Below are positions 9,544-19,429 of a stretch of 64,000 nucleotides of DNA, piece by piece. A model generated the notes under the pieces. The model did no database searches. It was not told the DNA's origin and saw only the letters and a program-made list of their open reading frames with translations. This stretch comes from Myxococcota bacterium (GTDB taxonomy: Bacteria > Myxococcota_A > UBA796 > GCA-2862545). The translations under genes and the position numbers were made by a program. How positions within the stretch are numbered: position 1 is the first letter of the stretch; the number at the start of each line of letters is the position of its first letter. The stretch spans positions 32,001 to 96,000 of the forward strand of contig JBCCQY010000003.1 in the NCBI GenBank assembly GCA_039208735.1, read 5' to 3'.

Positions 9544-10080
9544 CTAGCGCTTCGGAAGCTTGCGGACGAGTCGAATGGGGATCGACCGCTCCATCTCGCC
9601 AATCACGAGCGTGCAGGTTTGCCGTGCTGCGGGATTGAGCGTCTTGAACCAAAATTTCCCGTCCTCAATCGCGCAACGTCCGGCCGGCAGAATCCCGGCC
9701 GCGTCGGGGTGATTGACACGGTACGCGGCCTGGAGCACCGACACGTTGCGCACCAGGGACACGCCATTCCAGATGGTCTCACTAGGATCAAAGGCGGCAA
9801 CGGGGCGAATGCGCACCGTGGCCTCGGGCGGACCGCAACTCAACGGAGGGACTTGGTCGGGCCACTGCTTCGTATTGAGCGTGACACAAGCAAACAGCAT
9901 GCCGTCACGGACCTCGCAGCCGAGTGTGAACTCCTCCATTTCGCTTTGGGAGAAGCTGTTGGGCAACGTCGACGGTAATTCCACACAGACTCGATCCGGT
10001 TTGTCGAACAGGCGCTCGGTGGGAAAAGGCACATCGATCACGATCGGCGCAGCCAGCGCCGTGGAGAACAACACGATCAT
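9544..10080 (-). CDS. Hypothetical secreted Cys-containing protein
   Basis: Short leader MIVLFSTALA; ATGA overlap with the upstream gene. Confidence 0.7.
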   Translation of the reverse strand: MIVLFSTALAAPIVIDVPFPTERLFDKPDRVCVELPSTLPNSFSQSEMEEFTLGCEVRDGMLFACVTLNTKQWPDQVPPLSCGPPEATVRIRPVAAFDPSETIWNGVSLVRNVSVLQAAYRVNHPDAAGILPAGRCAIEDGKFWFKTLNPAARQTCTLVIGEMERSIPIRLVRKLPKR

Positions 10081-11123
10081 GGGGCAGAATCCTGCAGGGT
10101 GACCCACGGCACGAATCCCTGCCGGGGCCGGTTGGGCGGACTCACCTGCGTGGTCGGGCCGAGCCTCACCCCTTCGTTTTCCTTCAGGCGTCGCAGGCGT
10201 CCCGAGCGCAGTATTGACGTGGCCCCCGAGCCCTGGACGGTCCACACGCGTTCCCGAACCCCGCGCAGCTTAGGGTCGAAGTCCGCCACCGCGTGAAGCT
10301 CAAGCTCCCCCTGCATGGTGACTTCGATGGTCGGGGACCCCGCACCCTCCTCGGGTAGGAACCGCGCCTGAACCTCGTCGTAGCCCTCCCAAATCCCGTT
10401 CTTGCGGGCTGACGTTGCGCCGGGCACATCGCGGCCATCTTGAGTTCTTAGGCCGGTGACGACCTTTCGCATGGTGCCGGCAAGGGTCTGAATCAGGTAG
10501 CGACCTTCGAACAGGTTTGCGTAGTGAGAACCGGTTTCGAAGCCGAAGGTACCTTCCGCAACATGCAACGTGAGGAGCGGTTCCTCGAAGGTGTTCCAGT
10601 GACGTCCGTCCTGCCATCCATCGGAAGGCAGTTCGAGGTGGAACGCGGAGATGGCGGGCCCGAGCAGCAATGCCGTCAATCCGGATCGCTCTGGTTGTTC
10701 CTTTGCAATGGTGACGGTCCCGGAGTCGCGAACCCGGAGTCGCAACGCACTGGAGAGCATCTTCGCCCGCGCGCGCGTGAGCATGGTGTTGACCATTCGG
10801 CGGTCCCGGGGACGCTGCCATTGGTTGTACGTGACCACTCGCACCGCGGCGTCCTCGATGGTGCAGCGCACGACTCCGCCGACGCCGCGCTTCTTCTCCA
10901 CGGTGCACCGCAGCACCGCTTCGGCTTGCCATGCGGGTGCCCACACCTGTTCGCCCTCCAACAACAGGAGCATCGGCGAATCGAGATCGATGGTTTCACT
11001 GGCGACCAACCAACGGGTGTCTTGCCACGGCGAAAGGGCGTCGCCATAGACGATGATCTCGGCATCGGCGGGCTCCTGGCCCCACGCGGTCAGTCCCCAG
11101 AGTGCCGTCACCACTCCCAACAT
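10077..11123 (-). CDS. Hypothetical secreted protein
   Basis: Leader MLGVVTALWGLTAWG; coupled to the downstream gene. Confidence 0.7.
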   Translation of the reverse strand: MLGVVTALWGLTAWGQEPADAEIIVYGDALSPWQDTRWLVASETIDLDSPMLLLLEGEQVWAPAWQAEAVLRCTVEKKRGVGGVVRCTIEDAAVRVVTYNQWQRPRDRRMVNTMLTRARAKMLSSALRLRVRDSGTVTIAKEQPERSGLTALLLGPAISAFHLELPSDGWQDGRHWNTFEEPLLTLHVAEGTFGFETGSHYANLFEGRYLIQTLAGTMRKVVTGLRTQDGRDVPGATSARKNGIWEGYDEVQARFLPEEGAGSPTIEVTMQGELELHAVADFDPKLRGVRERVWTVQGSGATSILRSGRLRRLKENEGVRLGPTTQVSPPNRPRQGFVPWVTLQDSAP

Positions 11124-11209
11124 GGTCCCCCCACGGAAGGGTACGACGGATGACGCCCCCGTTAAGCCGGCTCCTCCCAGGAGGTGCCCGGTTCGGGGAT
11201 CGTCGCAGA

Positions 11210-12748
11210 TTACCGCGCGCGCAATTCCCGGCGCAAGATCTTTCCGCTGGCGGACTTCGGGATGACCTCGATGAACTCGACGTCGCTTACCTGCTTGTAG
11301 CTGGCCACGTGCGAGGCCACGAAGGCCTGGACCGCCTCGGCCGTGAGCTCCACTCCCGCCGAGGGCACCACGAAGGCCTTGACCCGTTCGCCCGCTTCTT
11401 CGTCGGGAACGCCGATGATAGCGACATCGGCCACTTCGGGCATAGTGATGATGAGGGCCTCGAGTTCTGCAGGCGGAACCTGGAACCCCTTGACCTTGAT
11501 GAGTTCCTTGAGCCGGTCGACGATGAAGAAGTGGCCTTCGTCGTCGACAATCGCGACGTCGCCGGTGTGCAGCCAACCCTCGGCATCGATGGTCGCGCGC
11601 GTGGCTTCCTCGTTGTTGAGGTAGCCCTTCATGACCTGCGGGCCTCGAATCCACAGTTCGCCTCGTTCGCCCAGGGGAACATCCTGCCCGTCGTCACCGA
11701 TGATGCGCGCTTCGGTGCTGGCCACGAGTTTTCCGGCCGACCCCGCTTTGAACGCGTCGTCCGGGACGATGTGCGACACGGGCGACAGCTCGGTCATGCC
11801 GTAGCCCTGCCGGATGGGGCAGCCCATTCGCTTGCCGGCCGCCTCCGAAAGTTCTGCTCCCAACGGCGCAGCCCCCGACAAGATGTGGGTCACCGACGTC
11901 ATGTCGTATTCGTCGATGAGCGGATGTTTGGCCAACGCAAGCGCGATGGGCGGCACGACGTAGAGGTGGGTGAGCCGCTGGTTTTGCGTCAGCTCGAGCA
12001 TCTGCTGCAGATCGAAGCGCGGCACCGTGACCGCGGTAGCCCCTTCCGCCAAGGTGAGGTTCATGAGGATGGTCATGCCGTAGATGTGGAAGAACGGCAG
12101 CGCAGCGAAGATCTTGTCGTTTTCCTTCATCGCGAGCGATCGGACGGACTGCGCCAGGTTGGCCACGAGGTTGCGGTGGGTGAGCATCACGCCCTTCGGG
12201 AATCCCGTGGTCCCCGAAGAGTAAGGTAAAACCACCACATCTTCGGAGGGGCGCACCGGAGCTTGGGTGGTCAAGGTCTCGCCCATCAACTCGGTGAACG
12301 AGGGCGCATCGCCTTCTCCGATCAGGTAGATCTGGTCGATGCCCGCTTGAGCCGCCGCCGCCTTGGCGGTTTCGAGGAACATCTGCACGGTCACGATGCC
12401 CGATGCGCCAGAGTCCTTAAGCTGGTAGGCGATTTCGTCAGGGCCGTACGTAGGGTTCAGCGTCGTGACCGTTGCGCCCGCATACGCAAGCCCATGAAAG
12501 ATGATGGGGTATTCCGGCAGGTTTGGCGACATGAGCGCCCAGGTGGTTCCTTTGCCCACTCCGCGCGCCTTGAGTCCTCCGGCGAGGTGGCGAATCGCGA
12601 TGGCCATCTCGCCGTAGGTGATTTGTCGACCGGTGGGACCGTCGATGAACGCAGGCTTCGAGGCGAGACGCGATGCGTGCCGCAAGACGTAGTCAGTGAT
12701 CGATACGTCGGGGATGGTCACGGTCTGCGTGCCGGTCAGAATCGCCAA
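11210..12748 (-). CDS. 4-coumarate-CoA ligase-like AMP-binding enzyme
   Basis: YSSGTTGFPKG, QGYGMTE, GWLHTGD, DRLKELIK and PKSASGKILR motifs. Confidence 0.95.
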   Translation of the reverse strand: MAILTGTQTVTIPDVSITDYVLRHASRLASKPAFIDGPTGRQITYGEMAIAIRHLAGGLKARGVGKGTTWALMSPNLPEYPIIFHGLAYAGATVTTLNPTYGPDEIAYQLKDSGASGIVTVQMFLETAKAAAAQAGIDQIYLIGEGDAPSFTELMGETLTTQAPVRPSEDVVVLPYSSGTTGFPKGVMLTHRNLVANLAQSVRSLAMKENDKIFAALPFFHIYGMTILMNLTLAEGATAVTVPRFDLQQMLELTQNQRLTHLYVVPPIALALAKHPLIDEYDMTSVTHILSGAAPLGAELSEAAGKRMGCPIRQGYGMTELSPVSHIVPDDAFKAGSAGKLVASTEARIIGDDGQDVPLGERGELWIRGPQVMKGYLNNEEATRATIDAEGWLHTGDVAIVDDEGHFFIVDRLKELIKVKGFQVPPAELEALIITMPEVADVAIIGVPDEEAGERVKAFVVPSAGVELTAEAVQAFVASHVASYKQVSDVEFIEVIPKSASGKILRRELRAR

Positions 12749-12806
12749 AATTGCCTCCCGATGGTGGTCCCTTCATCATACCGATCCCGCGGGAGGCGTT
12801 GCCGGA

Positions 12807-14786
12807 TCAGGGCCGGAAGGTCATGCCGAGCGGCTGGTTGATGCCGGGGAACTGCGGCTGAGTGAGACCCAGCGCCTCTGTGCCATCGGGCTCCCAAGCA
12901 CTGATCAAGCTGGCGGAGGCTTCGAGGACGTACAGACGGTTCGTCAGCGGATCGAAGTGCAGGTCGATCGGATCGGCGAGGCCCTCGATGGGGTTGGCCA
13001 GATCGATCGTGCGGCCTTGCCCATCGAACACATGAATGCGATCCGTTCCTTCATCTGCGACGTAGATGCGATCGAGGCTTGCATCAACCGCGATTGCCCG
13101 CGGCTCGACAAGCCCCTCGAACGTCCCTTCGAAGGGGAGGGGATTGGCGCGCTTGTCCCACCCGAAGACCGCGCCGTAGTCGCCCGGAGGCCCATTCACG
13201 ACGCCCACGACAAGAAGCCGTTCGTTGGCATCGTCATAAATCCCATCCCACCCCAAGATGTAGTAGTAGCCATCTGGAATCTCGGCCGTGAAGTTGAGGT
13301 TGAGCGGATAGCCGTCCGAAGTCCAGCCCCGAGCGAGGTCGAGCGAGTCGCGCGCACCCGACGACATGTCTCCAATCACGTAGAGGCGAGCATTGCTCGC
13401 ATCGTAGGTCAGGCCTCGGACCACCGTGTCCACCGAAAAGTCGTTCCCGCCGTGCGCGACAGGGGGGGTGGGCCGTGAGCCATCGGCCTCGAAGATGTCG
13501 AGGAAGTTGACCACCCCATTGTCGGACAACACATACAGTCGGTCGTTGAGGCTGTCGTGGGCGATGTCACGCCCCGTCGAGGCGCCCATTGCCTCGCTAC
13601 CGAGGTCTGCGCGGGTGCCGTCGGGGTAGTAGCCGCTCGTGTAGCCGTTGCCGCCGCTGTTCAGCACGTAGACGTTGGCGAAGCCGTTCGGGCTACACGT
13701 GGTGAGGCCATATTCGGCCGTTTCGCCGATTTTGACAATATTTCCGTGCAAATCTTTCAGCGTGTAGCCAATCGGCACCGAACTCGTCACCACCGAAGAG
13801 CCACGGAAGAACGCCGAAGGGTCCCCCTTGCGGATGAGGGCTTCGACGCCTTCTTCGCTGCCCCCGAGGGTCACCACCTTGATCGAGGACCCGGCCAGCA
13901 ACGACGACTGTTCAGCGGACAGCCCCACGGAGCCGCCCCCCGAAAAGCTATTGAACGAGGCCGAAAGGGCGCCCTTGAGGTCGGACATCGATTCGGTTGA
14001 CGAGGCCGAGAACATCATGATCTGGCCGTAGGTGACGCTGGAAACGTAGACGGGCAGGTTGTTCTCGGACAACCGCCCGAGGTCGACCTGCTCCTGTAGA
14101 TCCCGCTCGGACAGACCATCGAAGAAGGCGCTCGGCGTGGTCGGTGGGTCGACCGAAACCGTGAAGGTGCGAATCGTGGCGTTGGCGGCGACCGTGTTGG
14201 TCTCTGAACTGGTGTCGTACGACAATGCGCCGGAAACGGATGCGCCGAGGTAGCGGGCCGAAAAGCCAAGGGCGAGTGCCGATTGTGAGTAGCTATAGGC
14301 CTCTTGTTGCTGGAAGAGCACGCTTTGGGTGGTGGGGACCTCGTCTCGGACGGCACCCGACAGTAGCGTGTTGATGGCGCTCGTCACTGCACTCGGGCTG
14401 GGTTCGACGTCGAATGCGGCGCTGTCTTGGGCGTACAGGCCAGAAATGGAGAGGTTCAGTGGGGTGCGGTTCGGCAGAGGAATCAGCTTGGGGCTTCCCG
14501 TTTCGTAGCTGTCGCCTTCGAGAAGTGCGCCAGGCCAGAACACCTGCGGATCGGCGTTGAACATCACCACCTCTTCTGGCGCATCGCCAATCGAGTAGGT
14601 GGTCGTGCTGCAAACCTGCGTTTCTTCGTACTCGAATTCGGCCGCCTCGGTGGCCCGGTCGAAGGGTTCCGGCGCCTCGGGAAAGTCGGGCAGCTGGTTC
14701 AGGTACGCACCTGCATCCTCGATGGACACGTTGGCGTTGTTGCAGCCAAGCAAGGCGAACACGAGCAGGGGAATAGCGGTGCGCAT
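12807..14786 (-). CDS. Thiol-activated cytolysin (CDC-like) lipoprotein with C-terminal NHL/YVTN-type beta-propeller
   Basis: Lipobox LLGC; FWPGALL, RTPLNLSI, TFTVSVDPP, PVYVSSVTYGQ, LGGS, VPIGYTL; C-terminal repeats such as PRAIAVD..RIYVAD. Confidence 0.85.
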   Translation of the reverse strand: MRTAIPLLVFALLGCNNANVSIEDAGAYLNQLPDFPEAPEPFDRATEAAEFEYEETQVCSTTTYSIGDAPEEVVMFNADPQVFWPGALLEGDSYETGSPKLIPLPNRTPLNLSISGLYAQDSAAFDVEPSPSAVTSAINTLLSGAVRDEVPTTQSVLFQQQEAYSYSQSALALGFSARYLGASVSGALSYDTSSETNTVAANATIRTFTVSVDPPTTPSAFFDGLSERDLQEQVDLGRLSENNLPVYVSSVTYGQIMMFSASSTESMSDLKGALSASFNSFSGGGSVGLSAEQSSLLAGSSIKVVTLGGSEEGVEALIRKGDPSAFFRGSSVVTSSVPIGYTLKDLHGNIVKIGETAEYGLTTCSPNGFANVYVLNSGGNGYTSGYYPDGTRADLGSEAMGASTGRDIAHDSLNDRLYVLSDNGVVNFLDIFEADGSRPTPPVAHGGNDFSVDTVVRGLTYDASNARLYVIGDMSSGARDSLDLARGWTSDGYPLNLNFTAEIPDGYYYILGWDGIYDDANERLLVVGVVNGPPGDYGAVFGWDKRANPLPFEGTFEGLVEPRAIAVDASLDRIYVADEGTDRIHVFDGQGRTIDLANPIEGLADPIDLHFDPLTNRLYVLEASASLISAWEPDGTEALGLTQPQFPGINQPLGMTFRP

Positions 14787-14852
14787 GGTGACTGGATCCG
14801 TGACGGGGTTCGTCGATCCAGTAGACGTGCTCGAGGTGGTGGGCACGACCCA

Positions 14853-14890
14853 GCGTGCAACAAAGCCTGTTGCATGCACTTGTTGCGTGC
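14853..14890. promoter_or_regulatory. Candidate operator upstream of the cytolysin gene
   Basis: gcgTGCAACA-aagcc-TGTTGCAtgc inverted repeat, plus a third half-site tgttgcgtgc at 14881-14890. Confidence 0.4.
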
Positions 14891-14893
14891 GGA

Positions 14894-16162
14894 TTAACAG
14901 CCTCGGCGGCGCGCTTCAGGGAAGGGCCCTTCGATGGCGATGGTCAGTCCAGGCGCCTGGATGTTGACGAAGAGCACTCGACCGTCGGGGCTGAAACACG
15001 CGCCCGCGAATTCGCTGAACCCACCCGCGAGTCGATTTCGGGCGAAGGGGTAAACCCGACCGTCGGGGCAGACGCCGCGCAGGTGGTTGTCGCCGAGCAG
15101 GTTGTCCTCACACACAATGAGGTCTCCCCACGGCGCGACCGTGAGGTTGTCGGGAAACAGCAGCCCCTCACCTTCTTCCGCCTGGGCGACGAGCGTGAGC
15201 GTCCCGCCATCGTCGGTTGGATCGAGGCGGAAGATCTGGCCCGAAGCGATCGGTCCCCCCGAGGTCGCGGTAAAGAAGACGGCCCGCTCGACCTCATCAA
15301 ACCAGATGCCTTCGCCACGCTTGACGATGGCGGCCCCGTTGGCCTGGGCCTGCGCTGCGGTGGGCTCCTTGGCCGCCGCAGAATCGGCGACATCCACCCA
15401 GCGCACCTCGAAGGTGTCGCCCACCGACAGATCCGTGCTCGTGTCGAACACGTCGCTCCCGACGATGGCCATCGCCTGGAGCTGTCCCACGAAGGGCTCG
15501 CGCTTGCGTTCGGGCACGAATCGATAGAACGCCCCGTCGCCTTCGTCTTCGGTGAGGTAGGCGATGCGGGTTCGGGGGTCGAGGGCGACGGCTTCGTGCT
15601 TGAAGCGGCCGTAGGCGTCGATGCGATCGGGGGCCTGCACGCCGGTCGCGTCCGTACGGCACAAGAACACCCAGCCATGCTCGGCATCTTCGAAGTCGGT
15701 CTCCTCGCAGGACAGCCAGCCCCATTCCGACGGGCCTCCTGCGCAATTGCGCAGCGTGCCCGTGAGCACGAGGTTGCTGGAGATCACGCTCGCATCGGCG
15801 GGGTTGAGCACGAGCCGCGACACGCCCCCCAGCGCTTTGGCGTCGTACGCTACGTCTGTCAGCGGGTTGTCGCCTCCCGACAACTCATGATTGCGCATGA
15901 GCACCCAGTTGCCGTCTTCGTCTTCGAAGCAGGCCATGCCGTCGGGAAGCGCCGGGACTCCTTCATCGTCTGACATCGTGTCGCCTGCGGTTTGCAACAC
16001 GGTGTAGGTAAAGCCCGCCGGAAGGTCGAGGACCCCCTCAGGATCCTCTTCGAGCGCTCCAAACCGGGCCTCTCCGTGAGCCTGGCGAGCCAGCGTGAGG
16101 GTCGCGGTCGACGCGGTCAAGATTGCGGCAGAGCGCAGAAAATCACGGCGCAACAAGGGCAT
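14894..16162 (-). CDS. phoX: PhoX-family (DUF839) Tat-exported alkaline phosphatase
   Basis: Tat motif LRRDFL; PDGMA, RNHE, NCAGG, WLSCEE, GRFKHEA, PDNL, EFAGACFSPDG and NIQ motifs. Confidence 0.9.
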   Translation of the reverse strand: MPLLRRDFLRSAAILTASTATLTLARQAHGEARFGALEEDPEGVLDLPAGFTYTVLQTAGDTMSDDEGVPALPDGMACFEDEDGNWVLMRNHELSGGDNPLTDVAYDAKALGGVSRLVLNPADASVISSNLVLTGTLRNCAGGPSEWGWLSCEETDFEDAEHGWVFLCRTDATGVQAPDRIDAYGRFKHEAVALDPRTRIAYLTEDEGDGAFYRFVPERKREPFVGQLQAMAIVGSDVFDTSTDLSVGDTFEVRWVDVADSAAAKEPTAAQAQANGAAIVKRGEGIWFDEVERAVFFTATSGGPIASGQIFRLDPTDDGGTLTLVAQAEEGEGLLFPDNLTVAPWGDLIVCEDNLLGDNHLRGVCPDGRVYPFARNRLAGGFSEFAGACFSPDGRVLFVNIQAPGLTIAIEGPFPEARRRGC

Positions 16163-16276
16163 GTTCGAACTCCTCCGAACCACTGCGCTGACGGTAGCAA
16201 AGGGCTTGGGGAAATTCTTGTTGCGGATTTGGTGAATCTGCGGTCAGAGTGGGCGCCTCATGCAGGGGAAACCATC

Positions 16277-17626
16277 GTGATCTTCCATCTTGGCGCTGCG
16301 GCCCTGGCGCAGCCCGTCCTCGGAGTGACCCACCGAATACAGTATTTCCCGGCGGCTTTGCGGCAGAGTGCCTTTCACGCGACAATTGCTGCAGACCCGT
16401 TCGCCAACGAGCTCGTGGTGGTGGTGGAGTACCAGGGCGACTGGACGGTCGAGGAGTCCCAGCTTCGCGCCTTGCAGAACCAGGCAGGGTGGGGAACGGG
16501 GGTAGGTTGGACGTTTCGGGAGTTGTCGTCGCGGTTGCAGACCCGGGCCGGAGGGGTGGAGCGGGTTGCGCACTACCCCAGTGTTGCCGTGTGGCCGGGG
16601 AGTCGGGATGTGCTGGTCACGGGCAAGTGGCGCGATGCCTTTCTGGTCGGGCCTCAGCCGGCCCAACTGTGGGTGCAGAACTGGGCCCGGGCGGACTTTG
16701 TGAAGGCACCTGCGACCTTGCATTTCGTTTTGCCACCGGGTCGAGATGTCACCGATGATGCCGAGCATGGTCGTTCGAATTTGACGGTGGATTACCCTTG
16801 GTTTGCGAAGGGAGCGGACCGAGCACGGCTCGTGCTTACCTACGTCTCCCGGGTGGGCGACGACGATGCCTTCCTCAAGCAGAAAACGGCGGACCAACCT
16901 TGGTGGATTCGGAGCCCCGAACACGAGGTCCGAGCCACGGCCCACGAAGACGATCACCTTGTCAACGCGTTTTCTCGAGAGGGATGGGCGTTGACCGCAC
17001 TTCATTCCGACGGGATTCGGGTTCGGTTGAGTCGTGCCGATTCGTCGCGCCAGGGAGGCCTCGTGGTGCGTAACGACGTTTTGCTTCCTACCGCAGGGGT
17101 GGTCGATGCCGCGTTTCCCCTCGACTTTCCCACCATTGCCAGCGCACCACGTCAAGACCGAGACATCATCGTTGTGGCGGCGGAGCCGGCGCGTCCCCGA
17201 GGCATCGTGTGGTGGGCGTGTGAGACCGACGGGGCCACCGACCCCTGTGGGGTTGCGTCCGCATGGGGCGTACGTACGTTCGAGCGCTTCCGGCTGTCGG
17301 GCGCCCGGCGAAGCATGGCTCAGCCGGCGGTCTTGGGCATTCCGGGCCGGGGGGATGTCTACCTGTTCTATGAGACCGACGAAGGTGCCATCGCCGTGGC
17401 GGCGCGCTGTTGGGGTTCGGACGACTTCGCGTGGCAGGGGGTCATCGAGCGCCCGGAGGCGTATGGTTCGGCCAAGTTCAGTCGCCTACCCGGCTCGCCG
17501 GTGCCCGTGGTGGCCTGGACCCTCGACGAGGCCACGGTGGTGCTCCACCTGGTCTTTGTATCGGAGCACGACGACGGCTCTGTCGATGTCTTCCATGGGT
17601 ACGATCGGGGCTATTGCCCGCTGTGA
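16277..17626 (+). CDS. Hypothetical secreted protein
   Basis: Long ORF with leader VIFHLGAAALA; start reassigned. Confidence 0.65.
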   Translation: MIFHLGAAALAQPVLGVTHRIQYFPAALRQSAFHATIAADPFANELVVVVEYQGDWTVEESQLRALQNQAGWGTGVGWTFRELSSRLQTRAGGVERVAHYPSVAVWPGSRDVLVTGKWRDAFLVGPQPAQLWVQNWARADFVKAPATLHFVLPPGRDVTDDAEHGRSNLTVDYPWFAKGADRARLVLTYVSRVGDDDAFLKQKTADQPWWIRSPEHEVRATAHEDDHLVNAFSREGWALTALHSDGIRVRLSRADSSRQGGLVVRNDVLLPTAGVVDAAFPLDFPTIASAPRQDRDIIVVAAEPARPRGIVWWACETDGATDPCGVASAWGVRTFERFRLSGARRSMAQPAVLGIPGRGDVYLFYETDEGAIAVAARCWGSDDFAWQGVIERPEAYGSAKFSRLPGSPVPVVAWTLDEATVVLHLVFVSEHDDGSVDVFHGYDRGYCPL

Positions 17627-18309
17627 CCACTGGCGTCGGCCACCGCGTCCAATTCATCGATGATCGGCACCAAGGTCACTTCCACGACCCCCGCGTTGCC
17701 GCGCACCTGGTGCTCGACGGGTTCGAAGCCGGGAGCTTCGATGCGAACGCTGTGCTCGCCCGCGCCCACCCGTACCGAGCCCTGTCCATCGGTCAGGGCG
17801 ATGGGGGTGTAGGGCGCGCAGGGGCTGTCGAAGCGAACCTGGGCGGACTCCACGGGCTGGCCCGTGATGTCGGTGACGGACCACTGTACGGTCTTGCCGT
17901 AGCGAGGGACGAGGGGCAATTCGAGGTGATTGCGGCCTGGTGCCACCGTCAGCTGAGCTTCAGCGGTGTAGCAAAGCGCCTCCGCGCGAACCGTGATCAC
18001 CTCGTTGGGAACCAGGTCTTCGGCCACACGGAGTCCGTTTGAAACCGTCTCGCCGGACTCTCGGAGCACGGTGACCGTGGCTCGCACCGCCGTGTCTCCG
18101 ATCCAGGGGACCACGTCGAGCGCGGCAAGGTGATCGGGACAACCATCGTGATCGGCGTAGCCATTCACCGTCTCCGCCATCGCGATGCAGCGGTCGCGGC
18201 GGTCCGGCACGCCATCGCGATCTTCGTCGGCGGGGGAGAACAGGCCTGCATGGGCCTGGGACAACAACGTGGATGCGAGCAGCAACACCAATGCCTCCGA
18301 TCTCACCAT
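17611..18309 (-). CDS. Secreted protein with TSP3-type Ca-binding repeat and PEGA/carboxypeptidase-regulatory-like domains
   Basis: DEDRDGVPDRRDRC..NGYADHDGCPD; GEHSVRIEAPGFEP. Confidence 0.7.
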   Translation of the reverse strand: MVRSEALVLLLASTLLSQAHAGLFSPADEDRDGVPDRRDRCIAMAETVNGYADHDGCPDHLAALDVVPWIGDTAVRATVTVLRESGETVSNGLRVAEDLVPNEVITVRAEALCYTAEAQLTVAPGRNHLELPLVPRYGKTVQWSVTDITGQPVESAQVRFDSPCAPYTPIALTDGQGSVRVGAGEHSVRIEAPGFEPVEHQVRGNAGVVEVTLVPIIDELDAVADASGHSGQ

Positions 18310-18457
18310 CCGGTACACCGCTGGGGGGTTGTCCATGCCGCCACGGAAGACCAGCAATCGTCGCGATCCGTCATTGCCGTGACCCCGGTGTCACTCCACG
18401 TGGGGACTATCGAGGTCTACCAGAGCGGCGTATGGTCCGGTGGCCAATGGAGTCGAC

Positions 18458-19429
18458 ATGAGCACGATGATCTGGGTGACGCTGCTGTGGGGAATGCCGG
18501 CGCTGGCCGCGCCGACGGTTGATCAGACGGCCCTCGAGACGCTGTCCGAGGAACTCCAAGAGGGCTTCGCCAAGCGTGAAGCGGAGATCAGCCTGCTGAC
18601 TTCGCGCATCGAGACCCAACAGACCAAGGTCGACGAAGCGAAGGCGGTGGTCGACGCGGACCGTGCGGCGGTGGCTGCGGCCAAGGACGACCTCGATACG
18701 GTCGAAGAGCGACGGGACATGGCCAAGTCGGACGGCAAGACCAGCGTCAAGCTGTCCAAGCACGACGTGGAAGAGGCCAAGGTCGAGTACAAGGCGGCAA
18801 AGGCTGACGAAAAGGTCGCCAAGCAGGAACTCAAGCTTGCAAAGGCGGATGGCGATCGCGACGCGATCCGCGAAGCTGGCGTCGCGCACATCGCGGCGAA
18901 GAAGCGCACCGACTCGACGAAGAAGGTGCTTTCGGACCGCAAGATCGCGCTGAAGAACGCCAAGAAGGACGCAAAAAAGGACGTGGAAGCCATGGCGGGC
19001 GACCTCGAAGACGCCAAGGCCTCGACGGTAGCCGCGAAGGAGGACCGCGAGAATGCCCGGGCGGCCTTGGCTCTCGCGAAGGCCGAACTCGACGTTCTCG
19101 AATCGCACCGGGACCTGTTGATGGCCGAGTTGTCGTTCGATCAGGCGCGGGCGCTCGACGACACCGACCAGGCGGTCGAACTCGAGCCGTTTGTGAACGC
19201 GGTCGACAAGGCGAAGATGTCGTACGACAAGGCGCTCAACGCCCGCAACGCCAAGCAGGCGTCGATGGGTCAGGCGGAGACGATGCCCGAATCCATGACC
19301 CGGACCCCCGAGACGGAAGCCGCGCCCGAACCGGAAGTGGCCGACGCGGAGACCAAAAGCGACGAAGCGCCCGCATCCGAGCCCGCATCGGAAGACGCGG
19401 ACGAGACGGCTACGGCGGCAAATCCGTAG
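18458..19429 (+). CDS. Secreted Ala/Lys/Glu-rich coiled-coil protein
   Basis: Signal peptide, heptad-rich body, acidic Pro/Ala tail; GGAG RBS. Confidence 0.8.
   Translation: MSTMIWVTLLWGMPALAAPTVDQTALETLSEELQEGFAKREAEISLLTSRIETQQTKVDEAKAVVDADRAAVAAAKDDLDTVEERRDMAKSDGKTSVKLSKHDVEEAKVEYKAAKADEKVAKQELKLAKADGDRDAIREAGVAHIAAKKRTDSTKKVLSDRKIALKNAKKDAKKDVEAMAGDLEDAKASTVAAKEDRENARAALALAKAELDVLESHRDLLMAELSFDQARALDDTDQAVELEPFVNAVDKAKMSYDKALNARNAKQASMGQAETMPESMTRTPETEAAPEPEVADAETKSDEAPASEPASEDADETATAANP

Noticed and set aside
11210..12748. AMP-binding enzyme as part of an NRPS/PKS cluster
   Set aside because: It is a stand-alone CoA-ligase type with no carrier, condensation or KS genes nearby.
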